From positions 25,172,001 to 25,236,000 of the forward strand of contig NC_043002.1 of assembly GCF_006345805.1 (NCBI RefSeq): 64,000 nucleotides of DNA. Direction: 5' to 3'. Below are positions 1 to 12,120 of the stretch, piece after piece (position 1 is the first letter of the stretch; each line of letters opens with the position of its first letter). A program made the translations under genes and the position numbers. Origin of the DNA: Octopus sinensis. Taxonomy: Eukaryota. The notes under the pieces were generated by a model. It worked only from the letters and a program-made list of their open reading frames with translations, was not told the origin of the DNA and ran no database searches.

Positions 1-129
1 ATAATTCAAAACAATAGGATTGCAATGATGTGACAGCAGCCAAAATGTGACAGTTTGTTCTTTTTATTCCTTGTGCGTTTTATTATGTCAGTTTTTCCAT
101 ACCAGCATGAGTTAGTTGAATACAATACT

Positions 130-590
130 CTTTTCTACTCTAGGCACAAGGCCTGAAATTTTGAAGGAGGGAGCCAGTTGATTAGATCGACCTCAGTATG
201 CAACTGGTACTTAATTTATCGACCCCGAAAGGATGAAAGGCAAAGTCGATCTCGTCAGAATTTGAACTCAGAACGTAAAGACAGATGAAAATACCGCTAA
301 GCATTTCACCCGGCATGCTAACGTTTCTTATTTCTTTATTGCCCACAAGGGGCTAAACATAGAGGGGACAAACAAGAACAGACAAAGTGAATAAGTCGAT
401 TACATCGACTCCAGTGCATAACTGGTACAGCCTTGTCACACTCTGTGTCATGCTGAATCTCCCTGAGAACTACATTAAGGGTACATCTGTCTGTGAAGTG
501 CTCAGCCCCTTGCATGTTAATTTCATAAGCAGGTTGTTCCATTGATTGGATCAACTGCAACACTCGTCGTCATAACTGATAGAGTGCACA
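130..590 (-). mobile_element. Cluster of tRNA-derived SINE copies/fragments
   Basis: Recurrent core actggtactta-tttatcgaccccgaaaggatgaaaggcaaagtcga...atttgaactcagaacgtaaag, seen many times in the window. Confidence 0.8.
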
Positions 591-630
591 TATATATGTA
601 TATGTATGTATATATATATATATATATATA

Positions 631-935
631 TAATATGTGACAAATATTTGGTTGCCATAATAAAACTCCGAGTTTTGGATGTCGGGGCGGAAACCTGCAC
701 CAGCACCTCTTCAGTTATCAAGACAATTAAAATATGCTATGAAAATGACTGTTAAACAAAGGGAAATTACTATGTAATTGACTAATAGCTCTTTTGTCTT
801 AGTTTTGTCTGAAACTCAGAGTTTTATTAAGGCAACCGAATAATTGTCACATATTATATTACAGATAAATTCCTCTATTTACATAATATCGAGGTCTCCT
901 TCATTCTTTTGTTGTCTTACCATTACTATTAATAT
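631..935. mobile_element. Penelope-like terminal-repeat remnant with inverted arms and a degenerate hammerhead
   Basis: About 46-bp inverted arms at 631-676 and 811-856, inserted in (TA)n; - strand CTGAAGA-stem-(A)AAA-ctc-g-gag-TTT. Confidence 0.55.
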
Positions 936-942
936 ATATATA

Positions 943-1231
943 TCACCATGACCGACCAGGCTATCAGATGTTGCTACACATCGCTGGTCACAATGCGCTT
1001 CGCATTGTTTTAGCCTTCAAATGACACCACCCCGCTGGCTAAGCGAGCAGGCCAACAGAAAAAAGAGTGAGAGAAAATTGCAGCGAAAGAGTACAGCAGC
1101 CCCCCCCCCTGCCTGAGCTTCGTGGAGCCTTAGGTGTTTTCGCTCAATAAACACACACAACGCCCGGGAATCGAAACCGCGATCCTCCAACCGTGAGTCC
1201 GCTGCCCTAACCACTGGGCCATTGCGCCTCC
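943..1231 (-). mobile_element. tRNA-derived SINE, near full length
   Basis: Head ggaggcgcaaTGGcccagTGGttagg...GGTTTCGATTCCC (Pol III A/B boxes), non-tRNA body, microsatellite flanks. Confidence 0.8.
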
Positions 1232-1257
1232 ACACACACACACACCACACACACACA

Positions 1258-1316
<59 letters not shown>

Positions 1317-1384
1317 CTCGACAGAGTGTTAGTACCTTGAGAGAAATGTTGTACCTAAGAAGCATCAGTTGTGGTGTGCAAGAG

Positions 1385-2065
1385 AGACGATTGCGCTGGT
1401 ATGGTCATGTGGCGAGAATGTGAGAGAACCCGTGGAAGAGGTAGACCCAGGAAAACCTGGGATGAGGTGGTGAAGCACGACCTTCGAACTTTAGGCCTCA
1501 CTGAGGAAATGACCAGCGACCGAGACCTTTGGAAATATGCTGTACGTGAGAAGACCATGCAGGACAAGTGAGCCCAGCCCACTTATGCATGCCTTTCCTC
1601 CCTTGGACACAAAGACCTGTTGAGGCAAGCGAAGTCGATATAGAACCTCATCCGACGACAGGCACCCATGCTAACCCCCTTTGCTTGCGAAGACATGTTG
1701 GGGCAAGCGAAATTGAAATCGAATTGAACCAGCCAGGATCCCTGGTCTGGTGGTACGTAAAAAGCACTATCCGACTCGTGGCCGATGCCAGCGCCGCCTC
1801 GACTGGCTTCCGTGCCGGTGGCATGTAAAATACACCAATCCGACCATGGCCATTGCCAGTCTCGCCTGGCACCTGTACAGGTGGCACGTAAAAAGCACCC
1901 ACTACATTCACGGAGTGGTTGGCGTTAGGAAGGGCATCCAGCTGTAGAAACATTGCCAGATAAGACTGGAGCCTGGTGCAGCCTTCTGGCTTCCCAGATC
2001 CCTGGTCGAACCGTCCAACCCATGCTAGCAGGAGAACGGACGTTAAACAATGATCATGATGATGA
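1385..2065 (+). mobile_element. RTE-clade LINE 3' fragment (end of RT ORF + 3'UTR + (GAT)n tail)
   Basis: GRGRPRKTWDEVVKHDLRTLGLTEEMTSDRDLWKYAV is a typical RTE C-terminus; the 3'UTR ...aacccatgctagcatggaaa-cggacgttaaacgatgatg recurs across the window. Confidence 0.85.
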
Positions 2066-2075
2066 TATATATATC

Positions 2076-2144
<69 letters not shown>

Positions 2145-2295
2145 TACACATATATGATCATTATCGTCATTGTCATTTAACATCTGTTTTCCATGCTGGC
2201 ATGGGTTGGACAGTTTTACAGGAGCTGACAAATTGAAGGGCTGTTCAGGCTCCCTGTCTGTTTTGACATACATACATACATGCCTACCTATATAT

Positions 2296-3142
2296 GTTAG
2301 TTAGTTAGTTAGTTAATTTGGCTCAAAAGCAAATAGCAAGGCCATGTAGGGGACATGGAGTTAAGTACATGGTGGTGTTCATGTAAAGAGTTCAGGCCAC
2401 TTGAGGTCAAGGGAGGCTTTGAACAAAGCGGTCGTCGGCATCTTCACCACCTCGTCTGGCAGCTTGTTCCATGGATCCGCAACCCGGATGGAGAAAGCTC
2501 CTCTCCTTTGATTGAGATGAAATCGTCGCAGGTAGAGCTTTTCGGAATGACCCCGCAGCCGACGCTCTGGAGCAGGAGTAAAGAACAGCTCTTTCGAGAG
2601 GTTACACTTTCCGCTTATGATGTTGTGGGCGAGAATGAGATCACCACGGCAGTGGCGTTTTTCTAGAGAATAAAGATCGAGCGTCCTCAGCCTTTCTTCA
2701 TAGGAAAAATTTTTGAGAACATGAACCATGCGGGTAGCCAGCTTCTGGACTCTTTCGAGATGCTGTATATCTTTGAGGAGATAAGGAGAAGAGGCTTGAA
2801 TCCCGTACTCCAATATGGGTCTCACCAGCGTGACATAGAGTGGTAGGAATATGGCTGCTGTGAGCATTCCGAATGACTGTCGAATCAAGAACAGAATTCC
2901 GCGTGCTTTGTTGGCAGCATGGACGCACTGGGCCGAAGGCGAAAAGGAGGAATCCACCAAGATACCCAGGTCCTTTACCTGATCGGTCCTCTCCAGCAGC
3001 AGACGACCCGGCTCGAAATCAAGTTGAGTTGCAGGAGGAGAGCCAACAGGCAGATGACAGCACTTTGACACGTTCAGACACAGGTCCCATTCGTTAGACC
3101 ACCTCCAAATTTGGTGGAGGCATCGACGAAGATCCTCTATAT
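2296..3142 (-). mobile_element. CR1-clade LINE, 5'-truncated, (TAAC)n tail
   Basis: KDLGILVDS...LYVTLVRPILEY...LERVQKLATRMV...YEERL..LDLYSLEKR..RGDLI; near-identical to 18615-19516. Confidence 0.92.
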
Positions 3143-3248
3143 ATGTATATCCTTTTACCTTTTTACTTCTTTCAGTCATTTCACTGCAACCATGCTGGAG
3201 CACAGCCTTAAATATATATATATATGTATGTGTATATATATATATATC

Positions 3249-3792
3249 TGCCAGACGAGGCTGGCAGACGGCCACGCTTGGATGGTGTTTTCTGACGCAT
3301 AAAAAAACACCATCCGAGCGTGGCCGTCTGCCAGCCTCGTCTGGCACCTGTGTCGGTGGCACATAAAAAACACCATCCGAGCATGGCCGTCTGCCAGCCT
3401 CGTCTGGCACCTGTGTCGGTGGCACATAAAAAACACCATCCGAGCGTGGCCGTCTGCCAGCCTCGTCTGGCACCTGTGTCGGTGGCACATAAAAAACACC
3501 ATCCGAGCATGGCCGTCTGCCAGCCTCGTCTGGCACCTGTGTCGGTGGCACATAAAAAACACCATCCGAGCATGGCCGTCTGCCAGCCTCGTCTGGCACC
3601 TGTGTCGGTGGCACATAAAATCACCCACTACACTCTCGGAGTGGTTGGCGTTAGGAAGGGCATCCAGCTGTAGAAACACTGCCAGATTTGACTGGCCTGG
3701 TGCAGCCTTCGGGCTTGCCAAACCCCAGTTGAACCGTCCAACCCATGCTAGCATGGAAAGCGGACGTTAAACGATGATGATGATGATGATGA
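3249..3792 (+). mobile_element. RTE 3'UTR insertion with expanded 63-bp minisatellite and 5' inverted segment
   Basis: Five 63-bp units 3302-3620; 3249-3291 is the reverse complement of 3304-3346; (GAT)n tail; TA-repeat flanks. Confidence 0.85.
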
Positions 3793-3817
3793 TATATATA
3801 CACAGACACATATGTAC

Positions 3818-3848
<31 letters not shown>

Positions 3849-6134
3849 CATGTGTGTATGTACGTATGTAGGTATATGTCTATCTCTATATGTGTGTGTC
3901 TTTATATTTTTGTTCCCCATCACTGCTTGATAACCAATGTTGGTTTGTTTACATTCCCATGACTTAGTGGTTTGGCAAAAAGATACCAACAGAATAAGTA
4001 ACAAACTTTAAAAAAAATAAGTACTTTCAAGATGAGGCCTCTACTTGGCTGCAGTTAAATGACTGAAACAAGATAAAAGATACATACATATATACATACA
4101 TACATACATACATACTTATATACATGAGTACATGCAGCACATACATATACACATATATACATAGGAGAATCTGGATGAACTGGGATTTTCAGAAAGAGAA
4201 ACTGACTGGCTGATTCATACATTACAAGTACAATCTGTGAGTGGAACAGTAAAAATATGCAAGACTTTCTCAAGTTCCAAATGTGAATTTGTGTTAACTA
4301 CATCCCAAACATGGAGCCTTGTATCTTTGTTGGAAGCCGGCTCCCTTCTCAGTGGAAGATTTATAATAATTAAAAAATAGAAGAGACATACATACGTTCA
4401 TACATACATGCATACATTCACACACACACATGCACACATATACATACACACACACATATGTACATACATGCATACAGAACATTGGATCTCAGAAGCCAGC
4501 TCTTTCTCTATTGGCAAGAAATATTGAAATAAAACACTGAATCATGACATAAATATGTGCATGCATACATTCATACATGGTGGCTGCCCCCTTGTTATCG
4601 AGTATGGCCATTGCACGAAGCTTAATTAATGTTGTTATCGTGCAATGCCTATGCAAAAGGATTTTTTTTACCTGAAGAAAGGCTGTGCACTGAGTCAATC
4701 CCACTCACTAAGCAACAGCAGCCATAATCCGAAAAGAAGAACAAGTCAACATCATCGGTAACCACTGAGCCGCAGGTTTTATGTCGGAGTTATCCCAGTT
4801 ACCTGAGTTATTTCTCCTAGAAGGATGCCCTAACAAAGGCTAGTAGACCTTCACTCCCAATGGTTTAACCATGCGATCGGGTATTCAGTCCGATTATTTC
4901 TATGTCCCCGCACATGATACAGCCTTAAGACATTTATTGGATGGCCGTTGACTCTGAAGAGTTCCTCCGCCTTTGACAGGTTTTGTTTTTCATTCCGCAG
5001 GGTGTCCAATAAACACCCTCCTCACTAAGCAAGCTTGGTGGGATTGCTGGTTTAGTCGCCGACGACCCGACCATGCAACAGGTTGTATTGGGTTACATCT
5101 AACCAGTAGCACTCAAAAGTGACCTGACCATACATTAATACATACATACTTACATACATGCATAGATACAAGATGATCATAACTAAAACATTGATCAATG
5201 ACTGAATTTTTCCATTCATTTATCTTTGGTCCATTGCAAAGTAATGGTGGATTCCTGACCCTTCCAAGTCATTATTTTAATTTAGGTTAAATCTCAGAAA
5301 TAGTAAAAAAGAATATTTTCTTATGCTAGAATATTTAATTCGTGCAAGTGAGAGGTATCAACTGGTCATCATACAAAACACAACCTTAATGATTGTGTTT
5401 TGTATAATACAGCAGACCAGTGCAGGTATGGCCGTGGTTAAGAAGTTCAGTATGTCACCATGTGGTTTTGGGTTCGATCCCACTGAGTAACGTCTTAGCT
5501 AAGTGTCTTTTACCTTAGTTCAAGTAGCTACTTTTGCATGAGCAGAACATGACTGATAGTAATGCAATGCTACTATCATTCCAGATAAGCCCATTTGAAC
5601 TCGTGCAAATACTAGACGTAGTAGTCAAATATCCTTCAAATCACACTCTACTGAGTTTTAAAATAAGCTCAGAATAATGTATTTGTAGATACAGTATGTC
5701 TGAAAAAGGAAAACAAAAAAAATGGACAATGCTAATGGCTTCGTCACCTAAGCTGATCAGGGTTGACATGAGGCTAGAAAACAATGATATATCTATATTT
5801 TTAATGATATCCTATTGTTTTAGACAGAAGGAACGTTCAGGGATATCATGAATGCGGAAAAAAGGACAAGAAAATAGACATAATCGTATTGTTTTCAGGA
5901 AAAAAAAGAAAGGAAATGCTAAAAATTTAAATGCAAAAGTTCCATTGTAAATTAGCTATAGAAATACAAGTTAACTAGTAAATGGAATTGTTAACCGAGA
6001 TTTATAGAACTAAAAATCACACCACGTTTAATTGTTAAGTGGATGTAAAATGAACGAGTCAAGTTTCAGCTTTGTTCAATTATAGTTATGATAACAAATA
6101 GCAAAATAGAGTCTCGCAACAAGTCATATGTCTA

Positions 6135-6179
6135 AGTCACGTGACTCAACCCGGAAGTTGTTGGTTAATAAAATGGCGG
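6135..6179 (+). promoter_or_regulatory. UBE2Z core promoter motifs: palindromic E-box/CLEAR-like AGTCACGTGACT, ETS CCGGAAGT, YY1/TISU-like AAAATGGCGG over the ATG
   Basis: Motifs at 6135-6146, 6151-6158 and 6170-6179, clustered within 45 bp of the start codon. Confidence 0.65.
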
Positions 6180-6321
6180 TTGCTAGCTCTGATGACTCTT
6201 CCAACTTTTTTGTGGCCGAAGACATGCTCGCACACTCCAACAGTTCGAACTGGGACCCCTGTCACAGCAAAGATTGGGATAAAGAGAAACCAACGCCCCA
6301 GTGTATTCTTCGGATAAAAAG
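6173..6321 (+). CDS. UBE2Z: Ubiquitin-conjugating enzyme E2 Z (USE1), exon 1 of 7
   Basis: ATG in aaaATGGCG context; MAVASSDD...WDPCHSKDWDKEKPTPQCILRIK resembles the UBE2Z N-terminal WDP...CLLRIKRD; donor AG|gtacga, phase 2. Confidence 0.9.
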
Positions 6322-6755
6322 GTACGACATACTTTTCGTCTTATTCCAGTCCCTCCTTGTCTTCCTCTCTCTCCCTAGACTCTCTTCCTTACTTTCGTTT
6401 TTACTGTTTATTTATATTTACCGAAAAAAGACGAAAGAATTGCGTCTAGCTTTTTTAAAGTATCGGATGATATGCCGTCTTAGTTGGATAATTGTTAAGT
6501 TTCCATCATCTCAAATTTATATAAATGTTACTAACCATTTGAGAACAGATTAACTAAATGGGGAAATATTGTTAAAATGAAATAATTTTTACAGTGATTG
6601 TTGATTTAGTTATAGAGAGGAATACTTTTTTTTTTATTACTTGCGTAGGTCAAACATATCTCACACACACATATATATTATTTTATATATTACATTTATT
6701 GTATATTTATATATTACAGTTATAATTTGTATAAATATAATTTGCATGTGTAATA

Positions 6756-6824
<69 letters not shown>

Positions 6825-7474
6825 CACACACACACACACACCACACACACACACACAGTGTATGTATATATATATATATATATAAATTTACTTGAAGTTG
6901 GCGATTTGTATATAGCCATTCAAATTTAAGAAATTAGCTTAAAATGTGCAATCTTCTATTCAGCTAAAATGTCATTTTTTTCTTTTTTCCTTACGTCACG
7001 CATACACACACACACTGTGTCGCAGTGTATTTATATGGTCTATTATTTACTCAGCATTTCTACTTAGTTGTTCTCACCTGTCAACAAAGAGTACTTGTTA
7101 TTGTTGCTAACCTAGTTTTTGTTTGTCTTCGCTACTCGAAACTAATTATCACGTACGCAAACGCACGCATGTGCGTGCGTGGGTGTATTTCTGTGTGTAT
7201 GTACGCATACAATAAGTATAAATATATAATTTACAAGTGCTATCACGAACCACATTAAGAGTATTCAATGTATATCGTAAAGTGAAAATTTTATTGTAGC
7301 ATAATATTATTTTATGGCGAACTTCTAGAATAGCCGTTCTTTGTAGTCCCATACTTCGTGGGAATGAAAAGTGCTAACGAAAGTGGTGGGGAGGAAGATA
7401 ATATTGGAATTTGGGGGAAAAAATTGTTCTGGATGGTAAATTTCAGTTGTATAAAACAAATAATTGAAATAATT

Positions 7475-8010
7475 CTTTCTACCACAGGCACTAGGCCTGA
7501 AATTTGGGGGAGGGATTAGTCGATTATATCGATCCCAGTGCTCGAGTGATATTTATTTTATCGACCCCAGAACGATGAACGGCAAAATCAACCTCAGCGG
7601 AACTTGGTTTGGGATCGTAAAAACGGACGAAATGCTGCAAAGCACTTTGGCGTGTCATCGATTCAGCCAGCTCGCTGCCTTAACAATGATAATCCTTTCA
7701 ACTATACATACACACAAGGCCTGAAATTTTGGAGGAGGAGGCTAGTCGATTACATCGACCCTAATGCGTAACTGGGACTTATTTCATCGACCCGAAAGTA
7801 TGAAAAACAAGGTCGAGCTCGGACCGTATAGACGGACGAAATGTCGCTAAGCATTTTGCCTGGCATGCTAACGATTCTACCAGCTCACCGCCTTAACAAT
7901 AATAATTTTTTTTTCTAATTTTGACACAAGGCCAACGATTGACCCTGTACTTTATTTACCGACCTCGGAAGGATGAAGTGCAGAGTTGACCTTAACGATA
8001 TTTGAACTCA
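7475..8010 (-). mobile_element. Head-to-tail array of tRNA-derived SINEs
   Basis: About three co-oriented copies of the atcgaccc...gatgaa-ggcaaa core ending ccagctc-ccgcct. Confidence 0.8.
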
Positions 8011-9069
8011 AAAAGGGGAAACTTTTTCCGTTTCCATGAGACCCGTGGGGACGGCTAGTCCAAACCTGCGCCAATTTTACTTATAATATACGCTTCAAAA
8101 TAGATCATTCTGGAATGCAAGCATGGTCCTTTTCGGGGCTTCGTAGAATGTGAGGAAATTATTTACTGACAGGTAACATGGTTGTTCAAAAGATTACAAC
8201 GAATGGCCTCCACTGATGACACCCAGGGGTCAAGTAATGGTATTAAACTAGAAGACGATTGTCTGTGTATTTGTGTATGAGTGTGTGTATGTATTTGTCT
8301 TGATTCACTCTTTTCTTGATAATAAATGTCTTATCACTTTGGAAACACGCAGACAAGACATTGTAAAATGTTGTTTGGGCTTGATGTTTTTTGTTTTTTT
8401 TGTCTTGCTTAAATAAAAATAAATAAATAAATTGTGTCAACCATGAATGTCCGTTTTCGTAGTGGTCGAGATCTTTTCGAAACAGCTGCCAAATCTCAAA
8501 TCACATCGTCCTCTCTTTAGAGTAGACAACTTGTTTAAATTTAAACAGGATTTCATAACAAATTACTTGCCAAACAAGTACCACTCAAAAATGTGTGTGT
8601 GTGTGTGTTCGGCAATAAGCACAAAAAAACAAAACAGAAGAGGGAATGCTTATGTACATAATGCGGATGTGTTATAGATAATAGAAAATTATCTGAATGG
8701 CATTCTTTATTCAAAATCACTACAGTTGTTTCCACACATTGTTACACCTGTAGTGCAGTGTAATCATTATCATCCATCAAAGGTGTAAGATGGGTTTCTT
8801 CTGTTGATTATTTTAAACAAGTCTTGTTAGCTCATACTGTCATTTTGCTCTGTAAGAGAATGAATACCCAAAGTAGTGTGCTATTTCCTGGAATTTGCAG
8901 ACAAAACTAAACCCATAGATATTAGTAACAGGACAAACACAAGTATCATCAAATTAAAGAAACAAGAAACAGATACAGGTATAATGATGTGTAGAAACAA
9001 TTGTGATTTTGAATAAAGATTGTCGTTGAATCTAGTCAAAATCGATCAACATGAATGGAAATTGTAGCT

Positions 9070-9457
9070 GTGATACCAGTGCCGGTGGCACATAAGAGAA
9101 CCATCCGAACATGGCCGTTGCCAGCGCCGCCCCGACTGGCTTCCGTGCCAGTGGCACGTAAAAAGCACCATCCGATCGTGGGCGTTGCCAGCCTCGCCTG
9201 GCCTCCGTGCCAGTGGCACGTAAAAAGCACCATCCGATCGTGGCTGTTTGCCAGCCTCGACTGGCACCTGTGCCGGTGGCACGTAAAAAGCACCCACTAC
9301 ACTCATGGAGTGGTTGGCATTAGGAAGGGCATCCAGCCGTAGAAACATTGCCAGATCAGACTGGGCCTGGTGCAGCCTTCTGGCTTCCCAGACCCCAGTT
9401 GCACCGTCCAACCCATGCCAGCATGGAAAGTGGACGCTAAACGATGATGATGATGAT
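9070..9457 (+). mobile_element. RTE 3'UTR fragment with diverged ~62-bp internal repeats
   Basis: Same sequence family as 1750-2065 and 3302-3792; (GAT)n tail. Confidence 0.85.
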
Positions 9458-10410
9458 ACTATGGAATTCCTGGTATATATATCCAGTAGCAGAAGCATTT
9501 GCACTGTATGATGAGATCTGGTAGCCAATAACTGGACAAGCTTTGCATAGCATTCTACAAGGTTTTACCCAAATCTTATTTAACTCATGAGTGACCATGG
9601 GATTGCACCTAGAAAGTTACCCTCCGAGGCACATGTTCAGGCAAGGTTGTTTATGGAAGACCAGCAGTTGCCATGCATACCAGCCTCCCCTATCCATGCC
9701 ACTGATGTTATCCTAGGGAAAGACAAAGGTCAATACAGCTTGACACTAATGTTGTCGCAACTCATTTCTACAGATGAGCGAACTGGAGCAATGTGAAATA
9801 AAGTTCCTTGCTCAAGAACATAACACACTGCCCAGAAGTATAAAAACTATGATCATAGTGGAAGAAAAGATGTACTAGAAGTGAAACTTATATAATTAAG
9901 GTTTTATATATCATTGTTTTAAAGTTCTTTTCCATGTTTGCATGGGTTAGCTGAAGTTTGAGGTAGATTTTCTACAGCTGGATGACCTTTCTGTGACCAA
10001 CCCTTACCTGTTTCAAAGCAAGGTAATATTTCCTCAAGGCCAGACATGTTTATGCTGAATAGTGTAAATGAATGATACTGCCTGAATGGCAGTGACGCTC
10101 ATTTACAACTATCACATGACGTCAAGACAAGAGAACACAAGCATACACTCTCTCTCTCTCCCTCTCACATATACATACACACACCACATATATGTCAGGC
10201 TTTTCTCAGTTTCTGTCAACCAAATCCACTCACAAGGTTTTGGTCACTTGGTTTTATTGTAGAAGACACTTGCCTAAGGTGCCAGTTAGTCAGATTGAAC
10301 CTAAAACCACATGGTAGGGAAACAAACTTCTTAATCACACAAATGAATGTATTATTTTACTACTTCCGTCTTTCTCTCAAATCATAACAATGCATGAGAG
10401 GGGAGAGATA

Positions 10411-10506
10411 GATCTCTGGTATCCTTTATTTGCATTCTTCCATTACATGCTCCCAGAGATTGATCTCTGGTATCCTTTATTTGCATTCTTCCATTACATG
10501 CTCCCA
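10411..10506. repeat. 51-bp-period tandem duplication
   Basis: gatctctggtatcctttatttgcattcttccattacatgctccca at 10411 and 10462. Confidence 0.9.
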
Positions 10507-11749
10507 AGGATACATTCTGTCCCCACATCATTTTATTTCTCCTCCACACCCCTGTACCCACCCATATAACATGGTTTAGCACTGCCTCTCTGCATCACCA
10601 CCCTTACCACTGACACTTTTTATTTCCTTCCTATAACTTAATTGCCCTTATCTTACTCAACTCTCCCCATTGTCCCATCATTCTCTAACCCTCTCTCTAC
10701 TCCTCACCCCAACTCTACTTTTCATTTTCCCTCTTATTAGTCCTTCCCTAACACTGTCTCTACCCTTACTCAACAATGAACCTTTAAACTATCACATGAC
10801 TTCAAGACAAGAGAACACAAGCATACACTCTCTCTCTTCTCTCTCTCCCTCTCACATATACACACACACACCACATATATGTCAGGCTTTTCTCAGTTTC
10901 TGTCAACCAAATCCAGGTAAAGGTTGGTCACAGAAAGGTCATCCAGCTGTAGAAAATCTACCTCAATAAACTTCAGCTAACCCATGCAAACATGGAAATG
11001 TTTCAGATCTTGACAAACTGTCCAACCCTGCTGTCATGGTAGATAGACTGGGTCCACCTCTTCAAATTACCCTATTATCATTACTACTCCTAACATTACT
11101 CTTCCTCTTCTCCCTATCCTCTACTCCCACTCCAACACTGACTCCTCTGTTACTCTCTCCATACCACCTTCTCAGAATGAATTTATCCCTTCCATCAAGG
11201 GGTAGTATTGTATTCTTTTGCTTTACAAGCTGCAAGGTGACCTCAACTGTGCAAGTGACACAAAAAGCATCCAGCAGACTTTCTAAGAGATTAGTAATCA
11301 ATTTGAGCAATGACAGTTGCATGGCTTAAGAGAGCTTGTTAGTGTTGTTGATGGCAAGGCAACCCCTATAGTGCTGGTGTTATGATTGATGCAGCCAGTA
11401 CACTCAATAAAGTGGTTGATGTTGGAAAGGGCATTCAGTCATGGAAACCATGCCAAGATTAAGGTGTGGCCCTCTGACTCATTTGAATCCTGTTGAACCA
11501 TCCTACCAGCATGGAAAACAGACATAAAAAGGATGATGATGTGTAGCCCTAAATATTTAATGTAGCAATTAAAGTAATTCACATTACCACATAAACCATA
11601 TATAACTGAAATTGAATTCTTTTGTGCATTTCACTTCTACTTATTGATTTTATTTGATTATTTATGTCTTTTTATGTTCTGAATTTAAAGCTTGCCAAAT
11701 CAGCTTTGCTTTTTGTCCTCTAACTTGCTTTAGAAATGAGATGTTTACA

Positions 11750-12120
11750 GACATTGCTGTTTGGTTAAGAAGCTTGCTTTCGCAGCCATGCGGTCTCAGG
11801 ATCATTCCACAATATGGCATCTTGTACAAGTGTCTTCTACAATAGGTCCAGCTGGCTAATGCATTGTGGATTTGGAAAATGGAAACTGTGTGGAAGCCCA
11901 TCATATGTATGTGTGTGCCTCTGTCTCCACCTGTAGTCGACTGATAGAGACTGGTGTTGGTTTGTTGACACTCCTGTAACTTTGCAGTTCAGTAAAAATG
12001 ACCATAAGAATAAGTGCGAGACTTAAAAAGAAGAAAAAGTACCAGGGTCGATTTGCTCAACTAAAACCCTTCTAGGTGGTGCCCTAGTATGGCCACAGTC
12101 TAATGTAAATAAAGAGAAAA
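11750..12120 (+). mobile_element. tRNA-derived SINE (diverged)
   Basis: Head gctgtttggttaagaagcttgctttc...; body similar to 5421-5560 and (inverted) 10200-10340. Confidence 0.6.

Noticed and set aside
1150-1231. tRNA gene
   Set aside because: Has A/B boxes but no proper acceptor stem and continues into a SINE body
2379-3614. 411-aa ORF with 21-aa repeats fused to an RT C-terminus
   Set aside because: Chance fusion of an antisense 63-bp RTE minisatellite, a (TA)n tract and a truncated CR1; not a gene
3302-3620. CRISPR-like regular repeat
   Set aside because: Units are contiguous with no unique spacers, it is part of an RTE 3'UTR, and the context is eukaryotic
4575-5130. GC-richer block with a 10-bp hairpin upstream of UBE2Z as an ncRNA
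   Set aside because: Flanked by (TACA)n on both sides like an inserted retroposon fragment; no ncRNA motifs recognised
6128-6172. In-frame upstream ATG extending UBE2Z by 15 aa
   Set aside because: Overlaps the promoter motifs and has a poorer context than aaaATGGCG at 6173; not excluded without TSS data
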